NCBI GenBank assembly: GCA_050944415.1
Contig: JBMNRA010000003.1
Location: 2,243 to 66,242, forward strand
Length of the DNA stretch: 64,000 nt
Origin: Ruminococcus sp.
GTDB taxonomy: Bacteria > Bacillota > Clostridia > Lachnospirales > Lachnospiraceae
Reading direction: 5' to 3'
The position numbers were made by a program, and so were the translations under genes. This document shows positions 55,437 to 64,000 of the stretch, one piece after another. The number at the start of each line of letters is the position of its first letter. The stretch's first letter is position 1. Under the pieces are notes generated by a model. That model did no database searches, had not been told where the DNA came from, and saw only the letters and a list, made by a program, of their open reading frames with translations.

Positions 55437-57314
55437 TTAACTCGTTTCTATCAATTTCCGGTCATACAGAAGGGCTGCCATCAGTACAACAAGGCAGGAA
55501 CCGGCATTATGTACCAGCGCGCCTGTGGTGGGATTTAAAAATCCCGCCACAGAAAGAATAATCGCCACAAGATTTATACACATGGAAAGAGCAATACTGC
55601 CTTTAATAGTCTGTACAGTGACATCGGACAGCCGTTTCAGATAGGGGATTCTGGATAAGTCATCACTCATCAGCGCAATATCTGCTGCTTCCACGGCAAT
55701 ATCGCTGCCCATGCTGCCCATTGCGACTCCCACATCTGCCGCTTTCAGAGCAGGCGCATCGTTTATCCCGTCCCCTATCATGCAGACCCTTCGTCCGGAT
55801 TTTCTAAGCTTTTCAATTTTCTGTACCTTTTCTTCCGGCAAAAGACGGGCATATACTTCTCCAATTCCTGCTTTTCGAGCAAAATACTCCGCCGTTTTTT
55901 CGTTATCACCGGTAAGCAGAACAGCCTGGGCACCCATACCGGAAAGATGCTCTGTCATTTCTTTCGCTTCCGGACGAAGTATATCGGAAAGGCCGATCAT
56001 TCCGATACAGATATTCTGTTCCGCCACAAGAATGAAGGCTTTGCCCTGGGAACGCAGCTCTTCCAGAAGGGAATGAGCAGGCTTTTCCAACGGCACATTC
56101 ATATCTTCCAGGAATTTTTCACTGCCGCACAACAGCTTTCTTCCTTCTACTTCGGCACAGATACCTTTCCCTGCCTTCATCTTAAAATTCTCCGCTTCTT
56201 TCAGCTCAATCTTTTTTTCTGCGGCATCAGCGACAATAGCTTTTCCCAGCGGATGTTCGCTTTTTCTCTCGGCTGACGCGGCCAGAAAAAGCAGCTCCCT
56301 TTCCGTAAGGGATCCCTTTAACGGAATAATATCACAGACCTCCAGCTGTCCGCGGGTAAGAGTCCCCGTCTTATCAAAAGCTATGGTATCCACACTGCCC
56401 ATTTTTTCCAGTGCTTCTCCTGACTTCACGATAACCCCGTATCTGGCAGCCTGACCCACAGCTGCCATTATGGCAGTCGGGGTAGCCAGCACAAGGGCAC
56501 AGGGACAGAATACCACCAATACCGTTACCGCAGTGATGACATTTCCCGTAAAAACATATGCTCCCACCGCAATCAGAAGCGCCGCCGGCACCAGCCAGCT
56601 GGCACACGTATCCGCAATCCGCTGCATGGGCGCCCGCCTGTCCTCTGCTTCTTCCATCAAACGGATCAGTTTTTGCAGAGAACTGTCCGCTCCCACCCCC
56701 GTGGCGATAATATCTATGGCTCCGAAACAATTGAGCGTTCCACAGAAAACCTCGTCTCCTGCGCTTTTGTCCACCGGAAGGGATTCGCCGGTCATGACAG
56801 ACTGATCCACTGCCGTTTCACCTGTCCGGATAGTTCCGTCTACTGGAATCGTCTCACCCGGCAGAATTCTCAGCACATCTCCTCTGCCTATTTCTTCAGC
56901 CGAAATCATCTCCTCATGTCCTTCCCTGATACGCCGCCCCTGTACAGGAACCAGATCGATCAGCTTTTTTAATCCTCTTTTTGCCCGGTTGGTGGTCATT
57001 TCCTCCAGAATAGCTCCCACCGCCATAATAAATACCACCTCACCCGCCGCGAACAGATCGTCTATCGCGATGGCAGCAAACATGGCAATACAAATTAAGA
57101 GGGCAGAGGATATTTTTCTAATGCCGGAATTGTAAATAAGTCTCCAGACCGCCAGATACAAAAGCGGAATGCCGCTGATGAGCACTGTCACCCACGCAGG
57201 ATCAAAAGGAAAAAATTCCCCTGCAAGATGAGGAACCAGATCCATCAGCAGGAAAATTCCCGCCACAATTGTCATCGGCAGCCCCGCCAGAAAATCATTG
57301 ATTCTTTTGATCAT
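55437..57314 (-). CDS. P1B heavy-metal-translocating P-type ATPase
   Basis: TGES, CPC, DKTGT, SEHP, TGDN, GDGINDAP; no N-terminal CxxC domain; ATG 57314. Confidence 0.92.
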   Translation of the reverse strand: MIKRINDFLAGLPMTIVAGIFLLMDLVPHLAGEFFPFDPAWVTVLISGIPLLYLAVWRLIYNSGIRKISSALLICIAMFAAIAIDDLFAAGEVVFIMAVGAILEEMTTNRAKRGLKKLIDLVPVQGRRIREGHEEMISAEEIGRGDVLRILPGETIPVDGTIRTGETAVDQSVMTGESLPVDKSAGDEVFCGTLNCFGAIDIIATGVGADSSLQKLIRLMEEAEDRRAPMQRIADTCASWLVPAALLIAVGAYVFTGNVITAVTVLVVFCPCALVLATPTAIMAAVGQAARYGVIVKSGEALEKMGSVDTIAFDKTGTLTRGQLEVCDIIPLKGSLTERELLFLAASAERKSEHPLGKAIVADAAEKKIELKEAENFKMKAGKGICAEVEGRKLLCGSEKFLEDMNVPLEKPAHSLLEELRSQGKAFILVAEQNICIGMIGLSDILRPEAKEMTEHLSGMGAQAVLLTGDNEKTAEYFARKAGIGEVYARLLPEEKVQKIEKLRKSGRRVCMIGDGINDAPALKAADVGVAMGSMGSDIAVEAADIALMSDDLSRIPYLKRLSDVTVQTIKGSIALSMCINLVAIILSVAGFLNPTTGALVHNAGSCLVVLMAALLYDRKLIETS

Positions 57315-57446
57315 AAAAATCCCTTCTTTCCGCACATAAAATACATTAACAAACACTTTGTTTTCTTATATTTTATGGAAAAAGAAGGGCAATAACAATG
57401 GATAATTTATACCGCCTGTATGTTACCGAACATTTTTTTCAATCTG

Positions 57447-58885
57447 TCAGTTTTTCAGATACACGCTCCATATATTTTCCTGATATCCCGCTGTTTTTTC
57501 TGTTTTGACAGCTTCCGCCGTTTCCGTCAGCTGTTCATCCCATATTTTATCCAACATCTTCAGCCGTCTCGGGGAAATCATTTCCCGTGATCTGCTTTTT
57601 TCATAATCTGCCGCCGTCATATGCCAGTAATGAAATTCCCCCTGGTAGTACTGTTTCAGTTTCTGGGCAATCAAAAGCCCTTCTGGATCAAAGTCTCCGG
57701 CATACCAGACTTTGGTTCCTCCTTTTGTCAGAAGATCCAGAATCAAAAGGGAACTCAGCCGCGGCTGCCCGTTCATGCACAAAAGCCTTCCATTGTCCAC
57801 AAAGCATGGCATATACCGATGGATTTTCCACAATAAATATCCTGTTTTCCAGGCATTCCAGAGATTCCCAGCCGGCAATTACTGACAGTGGAATCTGAAC
57901 CGGCTGTCCCTCGGCGAAAAAGCCATCCATACCCTCATGGAAACGGCCGTCTTTCTTCCGTGCCCGGATTCCGGCAGCCAGCGCATAATTGGAAACATCG
58001 TCTTTCAATATTCCTGCTTTCCAGAAAAGTCTCTGTTTTTCCAACAGCGGAAACACTTTGACAGAGGATTCGTTTTCAATTTCCTCATTCCCCCCTGCTT
58101 CTTCAGATACCATCTGATCATCTGTTCAAGATATCTGCCGCCCCTGGTTCCGTCGTCAAAAGCATGGGGATTGCCGGTAACCTGAGCGGCAAATACAGCC
58201 AGATACTGTGCCTTAGCCGGCAGTTCCTGCAAAATCCGGACACCCATAAGAAGCATCTCCCAGATTTCCTCCGGTTCCTTTCCTCCCTCCGGTCTCTGGA
58301 TTTCCTCCAGCCACTGCATAGCCAACGTTCCTGGCAAAACTTCTTTCTGAGCCTTGCGGATCATCTCCTGCCATTGCTTCTGATTCAGGCGGATAAAATC
58401 ATTGTTCAGATCGTTCCACCAAGTATAAACCGTACCCGCATCCTGTCCGTCCATCCCGGAAAACTTCTCCACGTTTGTGCGTATCCGCTCCAGCAATGTG
58501 GGTTCCAGAGAAGCTCCCTCCACAAACAGATTCTCCAGGCGAAGCACAAGACGTTCAATCTCCACGCTGTATTCCGACCTCTGATACCGGAATTTCTTAT
58601 TCTTAAATTCTTCAATGGACGCGACCTTGCGCGTATCCTGGATGGTATTCAGATTCTTCCACTCTGTCAGCATGGCAAGATCCTGCTGACACTGCTCCAG
58701 CCGATAATCAGCAAAATAAGGATCCGCCGTCATTTCAGCATATACCTCTTCCTGATACATCCAGTACCGCAGTTTCTCGTAATTTTCAAAAAAATGCGCA
58801 TAATGCTCCGATATCGGTCAACATTATCCGCATTCAAATACTTCACTTCTGTCAATGGTCTTGTAAGCTTATCTGTCACGCGCAT
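57447..58885 (-). pseudogene. Collapsed type III Wadjet relic: jetA (TIGR02677-like) N-terminus fused to jetD (TIGR02679/DUF2399 TOPRIM), three frameshifts
   Basis: MRVTDKLTRPLTEVKYLNADNVDRYRSIMRIF/ ..YQEEV..WWNDLNNDFIRLNQ joined to ..TGNPHAFD../ ..IVENPSV../ ..NGQPRLS..YAGDFDPEG; jetB and jetC absent. Confidence 0.8.
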
Positions 58886-59696
58886 CATTTGTTCCTCCAT
58901 GATCCGTAATTTCCCGCCTCTTCAGCTGTGCAATTGCCCCATAATGCAGAATATCAAATTGCTCCGGCGCAATTTTGGAAAGAAGTTTTCTGTGTTCGCT
59001 CTCCCAACGATGGATTTCCTCTTCGCTCAAAGAGGCGCCGGTTCCCCGGCATGCCTTCATTCTCCCGTGCCAGCTTTCCCGATCAAAAGACACTTTTAAC
59101 GGGTATTCTTCGTGATAGACACAGTCAAATTTTTCTTTATAGCAATCCGGTATCTCTATCGGATGAATTTTTTCTCCCGCGCCGCTCCATTTCGGATTAT
59201 ATTTCAATACAAGTGCTTCGCTGGCCCCCGCAATTTTATCCTCATATGGCAGCCATGCCATATATAAAACCAGAAGACTGCCGCCCGGCCTTAACATCCG
59301 ATAAACCTTCGGCATCAGCTGCTGATGATTAAAATACCAGAAACACTGGCAGGCGGTAATGACATCAAATGACTGATCCGGAAAGTTCATATCTTCCGAG
59401 GAAGTCACATAATAATCAATATCCATCCCTTCCGACAATATCCTGGCCTGTTCAATCTGGTTTTCCGAGATATCCGTTCCCGTCCATTTCGCTCCAAACC
59501 GGTGCATATTCCTGGGAAGAACCCCTGTACCGGTTCCCAAATCCAGCACCTTCTGGCCATCCGTACATAAACCCCGGTCAATAATTTTCCGGTAAAATTC
59601 CTGCGGATAGATATCTCTGAATTTCGCATAATCCAGAGATATCCTTCCCCAGTCAAAGGGCCTGCCGCCGTCGATTTTCCCGTCGGTTATGCGCAT
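58869..59696 (-). CDS. Class I SAM-dependent methyltransferase
   Basis: VLDLGTGTG, FDVITACQCFWYF, LRPGG. Confidence 0.9.
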   Translation of the reverse strand: MRITDGKIDGGRPFDWGRISLDYAKFRDIYPQEFYRKIIDRGLCTDGQKVLDLGTGTGVLPRNMHRFGAKWTGTDISENQIEQARILSEGMDIDYYVTSSEDMNFPDQSFDVITACQCFWYFNHQQLMPKVYRMLRPGGSLLVLYMAWLPYEDKIAGASEALVLKYNPKWSGAGEKIHPIEIPDCYKEKFDCVYHEEYPLKVSFDRESWHGRMKACRGTGASLSEEEIHRWESEHRKLLSKIAPEQFDILHYGAIAQLKRREITDHGGTNDARDR

Positions 59697-59711
59697 ATTG
59701 CCCTTCCTCCT

Positions 59712-60131
59712 CTAAAATTCGAACAAATTCAATCCGATCTTTTCACTGAATTTTCTGTTTACATTCCCCGGAAGCACCTGAAGAATAATTTCCGCTGTGG
59801 CGCTGACAACCGCACGGTTCAGATGACCGCCAAATACATTTCCCTCCGCATCCCCCGCGCTTAAATGAGCATGCAGATACACCTCTCCGTCCTTCTGTGT
59901 GATCGTTCCGGTCAGGGAAACAATCTCAAATGCCCCCTGAAACTGATTGGCGTGGTATTCCTTCGTCACCGTATCAAATACTCCTGTGGTAAGCTCTTTT
60001 ACTGCCCCCAGTCCGCTTACAGATGCCAGTCTGATTTTTTCCCGGGCGGCAACTTCCATCAGTTTTTCGCATATCTCCTCATCCGGATCCAGTCTCAGGA
60101 CGACCGTGTTGTCAAAACGTCTGTATTCCAT
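59712..60131 (-). CDS. PPC/DUF296 domain protein
   Basis: RLDPDEEI, SGLGAV, EIVSLTG, HAHLS, FGGHL. Confidence 0.9.
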   Translation of the reverse strand: MEYRRFDNTVVLRLDPDEEICEKLMEVAAREKIRLASVSGLGAVKELTTGVFDTVTKEYHANQFQGAFEIVSLTGTITQKDGEVYLHAHLSAGDAEGNVFGGHLNRAVVSATAEIILQVLPGNVNRKFSEKIGLNLFEF

Positions 60132-60152
60132 ATCTTTCTCATCCTCCCTGCT

Positions 60153-60794
60153 TCATATTTCTCTTATAATACGGTATATCCGCCTTCCATTTTCTCTTCC
60201 AAAAGATTTCAGGCAGGATATATACTGCTCTTTCTTGCTTTTTTTCATCTCCAGTATTTTCATCACGGCCACCACATCTTTCTCACTGACAGAATCCGTA
60301 ATTTTATCTCTGATCCGGCGGCAGAGCGCATTTCTTTTTCCAGCCTCCTCCACCATCTGCTCCAGGGTTACTGTTTTGATATCTTCCTGAATCTTCCTGG
60401 TCCTCTCATTATTCTCATTTGCCGAAGCAATACATTGTTCTATCGTTGTGTTTAAAACAATATTCTGTCTGCATCTGTCCGACTGTTTCCAGTAATCCTG
60501 GACAGCCTTAAATCCCTTATCCTTACTGACAATCGCAATTCTGCCCTCATACCCCGTGCCAAACACTTCTCCCACCCTGGATGCAATGTAAAAGTCCAGC
60601 GCATTTTTTCCGTTTCTGGCAAGTTTTACACCGTCTACTTCACACCGGGATTCGATAATCTGCCGGAGAAGTCCCCGCTCTATTTTTCCGCAGCACTGGC
60701 TGAAAAAAACACATATTCTGTCCTCTTCAGTAAGATATTCCGCCCCTTTTAATCCGCTGCTGCCTGTATTCTCAAAATCAATAAAAAAATACAT
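60153..60794 (-). CDS. PIN-domain protein
   Basis: IDFEN, KNALDF, VSKDKGF acidic PIN residues. Confidence 0.8.
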   Translation of the reverse strand: MYFFIDFENTGSSGLKGAEYLTEEDRICVFFSQCCGKIERGLLRQIIESRCEVDGVKLARNGKNALDFYIASRVGEVFGTGYEGRIAIVSKDKGFKAVQDYWKQSDRCRQNIVLNTTIEQCIASANENNERTRKIQEDIKTVTLEQMVEEAGKRNALCRRIRDKITDSVSEKDVVAVMKILEMKKSKKEQYISCLKSFGRENGRRIYRIIREI

Positions 60795-60800
60795 CCACTT

Positions 60801-61133
60801 TTACGCAGCCTTGGAAATCAGGTATTTCCAATAATGTGTCAGTCTTTCTTCTATTTTCCCGCCGGACGGAAGGGGCCGGATATCGGCGGAAGCCGGTTCT
60901 TTTTCCGACACCAGCAGCGATTCCATGGGTTTCTGCAGGAGCTGGCTGAGTGCATACATATTGTCCAGGGAAGGAAGGGTCTGACCACTGAACCAGCGGT
61001 ATACAGCCTGAAATGATCCCAGTCCGAGCGATTCCTGAATCTCCCGGACAGACAGATTTTTCTGTCTGCACGCTTCCTTTATTTTTCTTCCGGTCCGCTT
61101 CGCGTCCAGCACCGGATACTTGAAATTTCTCAT
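60801..61133 (-). CDS. XRE-family HTH regulator
   Basis: TGRKIKE..LSVREIQESLG..QAVYRWFSGQTLPSLDN; start could be 61202. Confidence 0.8.
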   Translation of the reverse strand: MRNFKYPVLDAKRTGRKIKEACRQKNLSVREIQESLGLGSFQAVYRWFSGQTLPSLDNMYALSQLLQKPMESLLVSEKEPASADIRPLPSGGKIEERLTHYWKYLISKAA

Positions 61134-61275
61134 ACCAATCCCTTCCCTTGCAAATCCAGTTTTCCACGATGCTTCATCACTTACAGAGCATTTACTTTTC
61201 ATAAACTATGGTAACACAGAATCATATTCATGTCATTCAATTACTGGTTGAATGTTTTAAAATTTTCAGGATATC

Positions 61276-62313
61276 CTATGATCTGGTTACCAGCTCCTGC
61301 CACCGTTTATTATCCTTTAAGAATCCGCAGCTTTCTTCGTCCCGAAAACATTTCAGCAGATTCTCTCTCAACTCTGCCAGAAATTCCTTTTTCACCTCTT
61401 TAAAGTCCATATGTTCATAAAGGGAGGCGTTTCTGAAATTTCCAATATCCTCCACAGATGAGAGCATCCTTTCCATAATGTCAACGGCTTCATCCGCGTT
61501 TTTTTCCAGCACTGCGATTTCCAGTCCGCTGGAAACCTCATAATACTTCCCCATCTCAAAACATTTGGCCAGTTCCGCCTGTTTTTCCGCCATCCGGCGG
61601 GCTTTTTTCCTGTTCTCTTCCCGAAGGGCCAGAAGATAAATACCGTGGAATTCCGCGTTTACTCTTTGAAAGTCCGCGAATAAAAGTTCTTCATAGGCCT
61701 TATATGCTTCCTGTATCCGCCCGGTCTCAGCATAAATCTGAGCCTGCTTTCTTTTTCTTTCCGGATTTTGTATTGAGAAATACTCCAGATACTTTTCTGC
61801 TTCCTCATATTGTTTCTTTCGTATGTAAAATCCAACCAACGCATCTGCCGCTCTGGTTCGAACTGCCTCATCCCGGCTGTCCAACAGCCGCATATACAAA
61901 GAGCTTAAATAATCATCATATTCCGCTTTATCCGTATCATCCTGCACAATACGCAGGGCATCAAGGCAGACTGCAATATTTAAAATCAACGGCTCACAGT
62001 TCGGATACTGCTCCAGCTTTTTTCTGGCCCAGGAAAAAGCCTCGTCATATGGTCTTTCTTTCAGCCGCTGACTGACTTCACGTACAATCTCATTAATCTC
62101 TTCCGCTGTCAAATCTTCCCGAAAGGACAACAGGGTATCCAATGAAATATTAAGCAGTCTGGCAATAGGCGCCAGAAGCATAATATCCGGGAACGAATTT
62201 TCATTTTCCCATTTATTGACCGCCGGAGCTGTAACTCCAAGCCGCTTCGCCATTTCTTCCTGTGTCAGATTTCTGATTTTTCTATATTTTCTAATCACTT
62301 GCCCTAATGACAT
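61276..62313 (-). CDS. XRE HTH regulator with C-terminal TPR-like helical domain
   Basis: LTQEEMAKRLGVTAPAVNKWENENSFPD; TPR-like YEEAEKYL, IQEAYKAY. Confidence 0.8.
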   Translation of the reverse strand: MSLGQVIRKYRKIRNLTQEEMAKRLGVTAPAVNKWENENSFPDIMLLAPIARLLNISLDTLLSFREDLTAEEINEIVREVSQRLKERPYDEAFSWARKKLEQYPNCEPLILNIAVCLDALRIVQDDTDKAEYDDYLSSLYMRLLDSRDEAVRTRAADALVGFYIRKKQYEEAEKYLEYFSIQNPERKRKQAQIYAETGRIQEAYKAYEELLFADFQRVNAEFHGIYLLALREENRKKARRMAEKQAELAKCFEMGKYYEVSSGLEIAVLEKNADEAVDIMERMLSSVEDIGNFRNASLYEHMDFKEVKKEFLAELRENLLKCFRDEESCGFLKDNKRWQELVTRS

Positions 62314-62389
62314 GAAATCATCTCCTTGTATAATTTTGCATTGGCCTCTGCTAATACAAGGATAACAGACGGATGCAAAAGCAACAACT

Positions 62390-62432
62390 GAATCTCTGTT
62401 AAGTATTTTTCAAAAAAATTAACGGAGATTCA
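62390..62432. repeat. Inverted repeat upstream of the XRE-TPR gene (operator or terminator)
   Basis: GAATCTCTGTTAA ... TTAACGGAGATTC. Confidence 0.6.
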
Positions 62433-62435
62433 TGT

Positions 62436-62655
62436 TTAAAGAGAACGTATGTCATAACCGGCTTTTTCCAATATCCGCAATGCTTCCATCTCTTTTTCTT
62501 TTTTCACAAAAATGTAGTCTGTGTTAAAAGTAGAAACCGCAAATATCCCTATTTTCTCCCCGGCCAGCAGACTGGAAATCCCGGAAAGTATTCCGGTCAA
62601 GGAAAAATCCAGCACTCCCTCGATACGAAATGCCCGCCAGCCATCTTCACGTTGC
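62436..62655 (-). pseudogene. 5'-truncated ACT-domain protein remnant
   Basis: REDGWRAFRIEGVLDFSLTGILSGISSLLAGEKIGIFAVSTFNTDYIFVKKEKEMEALRILEKAGYDIRSL*; no start codon. Confidence 0.75.
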
Positions 62656-62659
62656 TGTC

Positions 62660-62820
62660 TTAACAGCCTGTTCCAACAACAACATTGTCCTCTGCTAATA
62701 CTCCCATATTTCCAGCTGCGCTCCCCTCCAAAATGTGTTCTTTCCCATGATAGCGGCAGAAGAACTTCACCACTTCCGCCGGGTAATTCTTTGGATAAAT
62801 TGTTTTAATAGTTGTCTGCA
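62660..62820 (-). pseudogene. GNAT acetyltransferase internal fragment
   Basis: QTTIKTIYPKNYPAEVVKFFCRYHGKEHILEG...EDNVVVGTGC*; no start, truncated after motif. Confidence 0.6.
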
Positions 62821-62829
62821 AAAAAATGC

Positions 62830-63072
62830 TTATTCCAGCGGTACACAGGTATAATACAGCCCATCATCTGAAAACTGCGCAGATATGTGCTTCTGCTTAT
62901 AATATTCTCGGATGCATTTCAGCGTCCGCCCTTTCCGTTCCTCTGTAATGCAGCACTCCCCCGGCGCTTCAATACAGGCCGTATTATCATCTTTGTATTT
63001 CACATGATAACGGGTATTTTCTTTATTCAATTCGGCATTAATCAATACAATATCTGAGTATTCAATTTTCAT
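62830..63072 (-). CDS. Hypothetical 80-aa protein
   Basis: ATG with SD AGGAG; protein-like composition; AT-rich. Confidence 0.55.
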   Translation of the reverse strand: MKIEYSDIVLINAELNKENTRYHVKYKDDNTACIEAPGECCITEERKGRTLKCIREYYKQKHISAQFSDDGLYYTCVPLE

Positions 63073-63231
63073 ATTGATATCTATACTCCTTTTCCCAAGT
63101 GATCATCTTTCGAAACGAGTTTGAACCGGAAATCCAGCTTCATGCCGGAATTCCGAAATCGCCAGAAATACTTATTTGATAATCATTTAATTTTGCAATA
63201 TCAGAAAAGCCATATACTTGCATTTTATACC

Positions 63232-64000
63232 GTAAGCGCTCAATAAAATAATGGCTATCTTTTCACAGGGTATTCAGTTATAGTTGAAGTAAAATACTCC
63301 AACTTCAACTTTTTGATTTAATCCGGCATCTCTGCTGTATCATGTCAGACCATGGCATCAGCTCTTCTATACCTTCGGGCTCGTTTTTGTAGTCCGGCAT
63401 ATAGAGCAGTACGGTCTCCAGATATGCGTAGATGTTCAGATTGTTGAGTTTTGCAGTTCCCACCAAACTGTAAATGATGGAACTGGCCCGGGCGCCCTTT
63501 ACAGTATCATGGAACAGGAAGTTTTTCCGCCCTACCGCATAGGGGCGGGCGATATTTTCTGCGATATTGTTCGATATGGAGCACCGCCCATCCAACAGGT
63601 AGTTCTCCATATGTGGCTTCTGGTTTTTCGCATAGGTCACCGCTTTGGCCAGACGGCTTCCACCAGCTGGGTTCACTGTTTCAAGCCATGACCAGTAAGC
63701 CTCCCATATGGCAGGCTCCGTCTCAAGACGCTTGTCTTTCCGGGTATCGGCATCCAGATCCGCATACTCCTTTTCCAGTTCGAATAACTGGCTGCAGTAA
63801 TCAAAACCGATCTCTGCCGGAGTCTTATCCGGGGATTTCTTCGATTTCCCGGGAAGTGCCTCATGCCAGTACCGCCTCATGTGGGCAAGGCAGCCGCAGC
63901 GGATGACATCCTTCAGCTTATTATAACCGCCAAAACCATCGCAGGTAAGGTATCCTGAAAACCCTTTCAGGAATTCTTCCGCATGATATCCGCCCCGGCC
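63232..64000 (-). mobile_element. IS66-family element, right end (partial)
   Basis: Terminal sequence GTAAGCGCTC... at 63232 (IS66 ends begin GTAA); tnpC stop 73 nt inside. Confidence 0.85.
63305..64000 (-). CDS. tnpC: IS66 transposase TnpC, C-terminal part (5' end beyond window)
   Basis: YLTCDGFGGY, CLAHMRR, SNNIAENIARP, SLVGTAKLN, LMPWS. Confidence 0.92.
   Translation of the reverse strand, partial: GRGGYHAEEFLKGFSGYLTCDGFGGYNKLKDVIRCGCLAHMRRYWHEALPGKSKKSPDKTPAEIGFDYCSQLFELEKEYADLDADTRKDKRLETEPAIWEAYWSWLETVNPAGGSRLAKAVTYAKNQKPHMENYLLDGRCSISNNIAENIARPYAVGRKNFLFHDTVKGARASSIIYSLVGTAKLNNLNIYAYLETVLLYMPDYKNEPEGIEELMPWSDMIQQRCRIKSKS

Noticed and set aside
57420-57433. ATGTT-N4-AACAT palindrome upstream of the P1B ATPase as a third HcpR box
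   Set aside because: Shorter than the other boxes and not at the 21-nt spacing from a -10
61199-61231. MNMILCYHSL* as the cognate peptide of the XRE-TPR regulator
   Set aside because: No SD; overlaps the probable promoter of the next gene
23-63906. Numerous alternative-frame and antisense ORFs in the track (e.g. 1767..2417+, 15678..16766+, 37068..37955+, 58164..59099+)
   Set aside because: They shadow well-supported genes, lack SD sites and family motifs, and show antisense-type composition
1-64000. tRNA, rRNA, prophage or integrase genes
   Set aside because: No T-loop/cloverleaf, rRNA-like, phage structural or recombinase signature recognised by eye; tRNAscan and barrnap were not run

Overview
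A 64-kb chromosomal window from a low-GC Gram-positive gut anaerobe; gene content and protein style suggest Lachnospiraceae/Clostridia (inference). Most genes are on the minus strand. Main blocks: (1) housekeeping genes (mtnN, beta-CASP nuclease, murG) with an ECF sigma / anti-sigma / secreted-protein cassette split by murG on the opposite strand; (2) a Firmicutes-type Tad/Flp pilus locus (8.2-18.4 kb) with two prepilin peptidases, a Flp pilin missed by the ORF track, a TadE-like pilin carrying tandem Zn-finger-like motifs and a kinase-like/FHA membrane protein; (3) an ORF-free, promoter- and terminator-bounded ~200-nt repeat-containing unit at 19.1-19.4 kb (candidate sRNA); (4) sbcDC and a folate cluster (pabABC, THF riboswitch, folE-HD-folP-folBK), with an unexplained terminator-containing leader ahead of pabA; (5) a type III R-M pair overlapping a UDG-superfamily glycosylase; (6) nitrosative-stress and sulfur genes (hcp, Crp/Fnr, Rrf2, metY, cysK, aryl-sulfate sulfotransferase, TauE) with further attenuator-like leaders; (7) a decaying accessory end (57.4-64 kb) with a collapsed type III Wadjet relic (jetA fused to jetD), a PIN/XRE pair, a GNAT/ACT chimeric remnant and one end of an IS66 element. 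No rRNA, tRNA or CRISPR array was seen. All family assignments come from reading motifs by eye, not from database searches.
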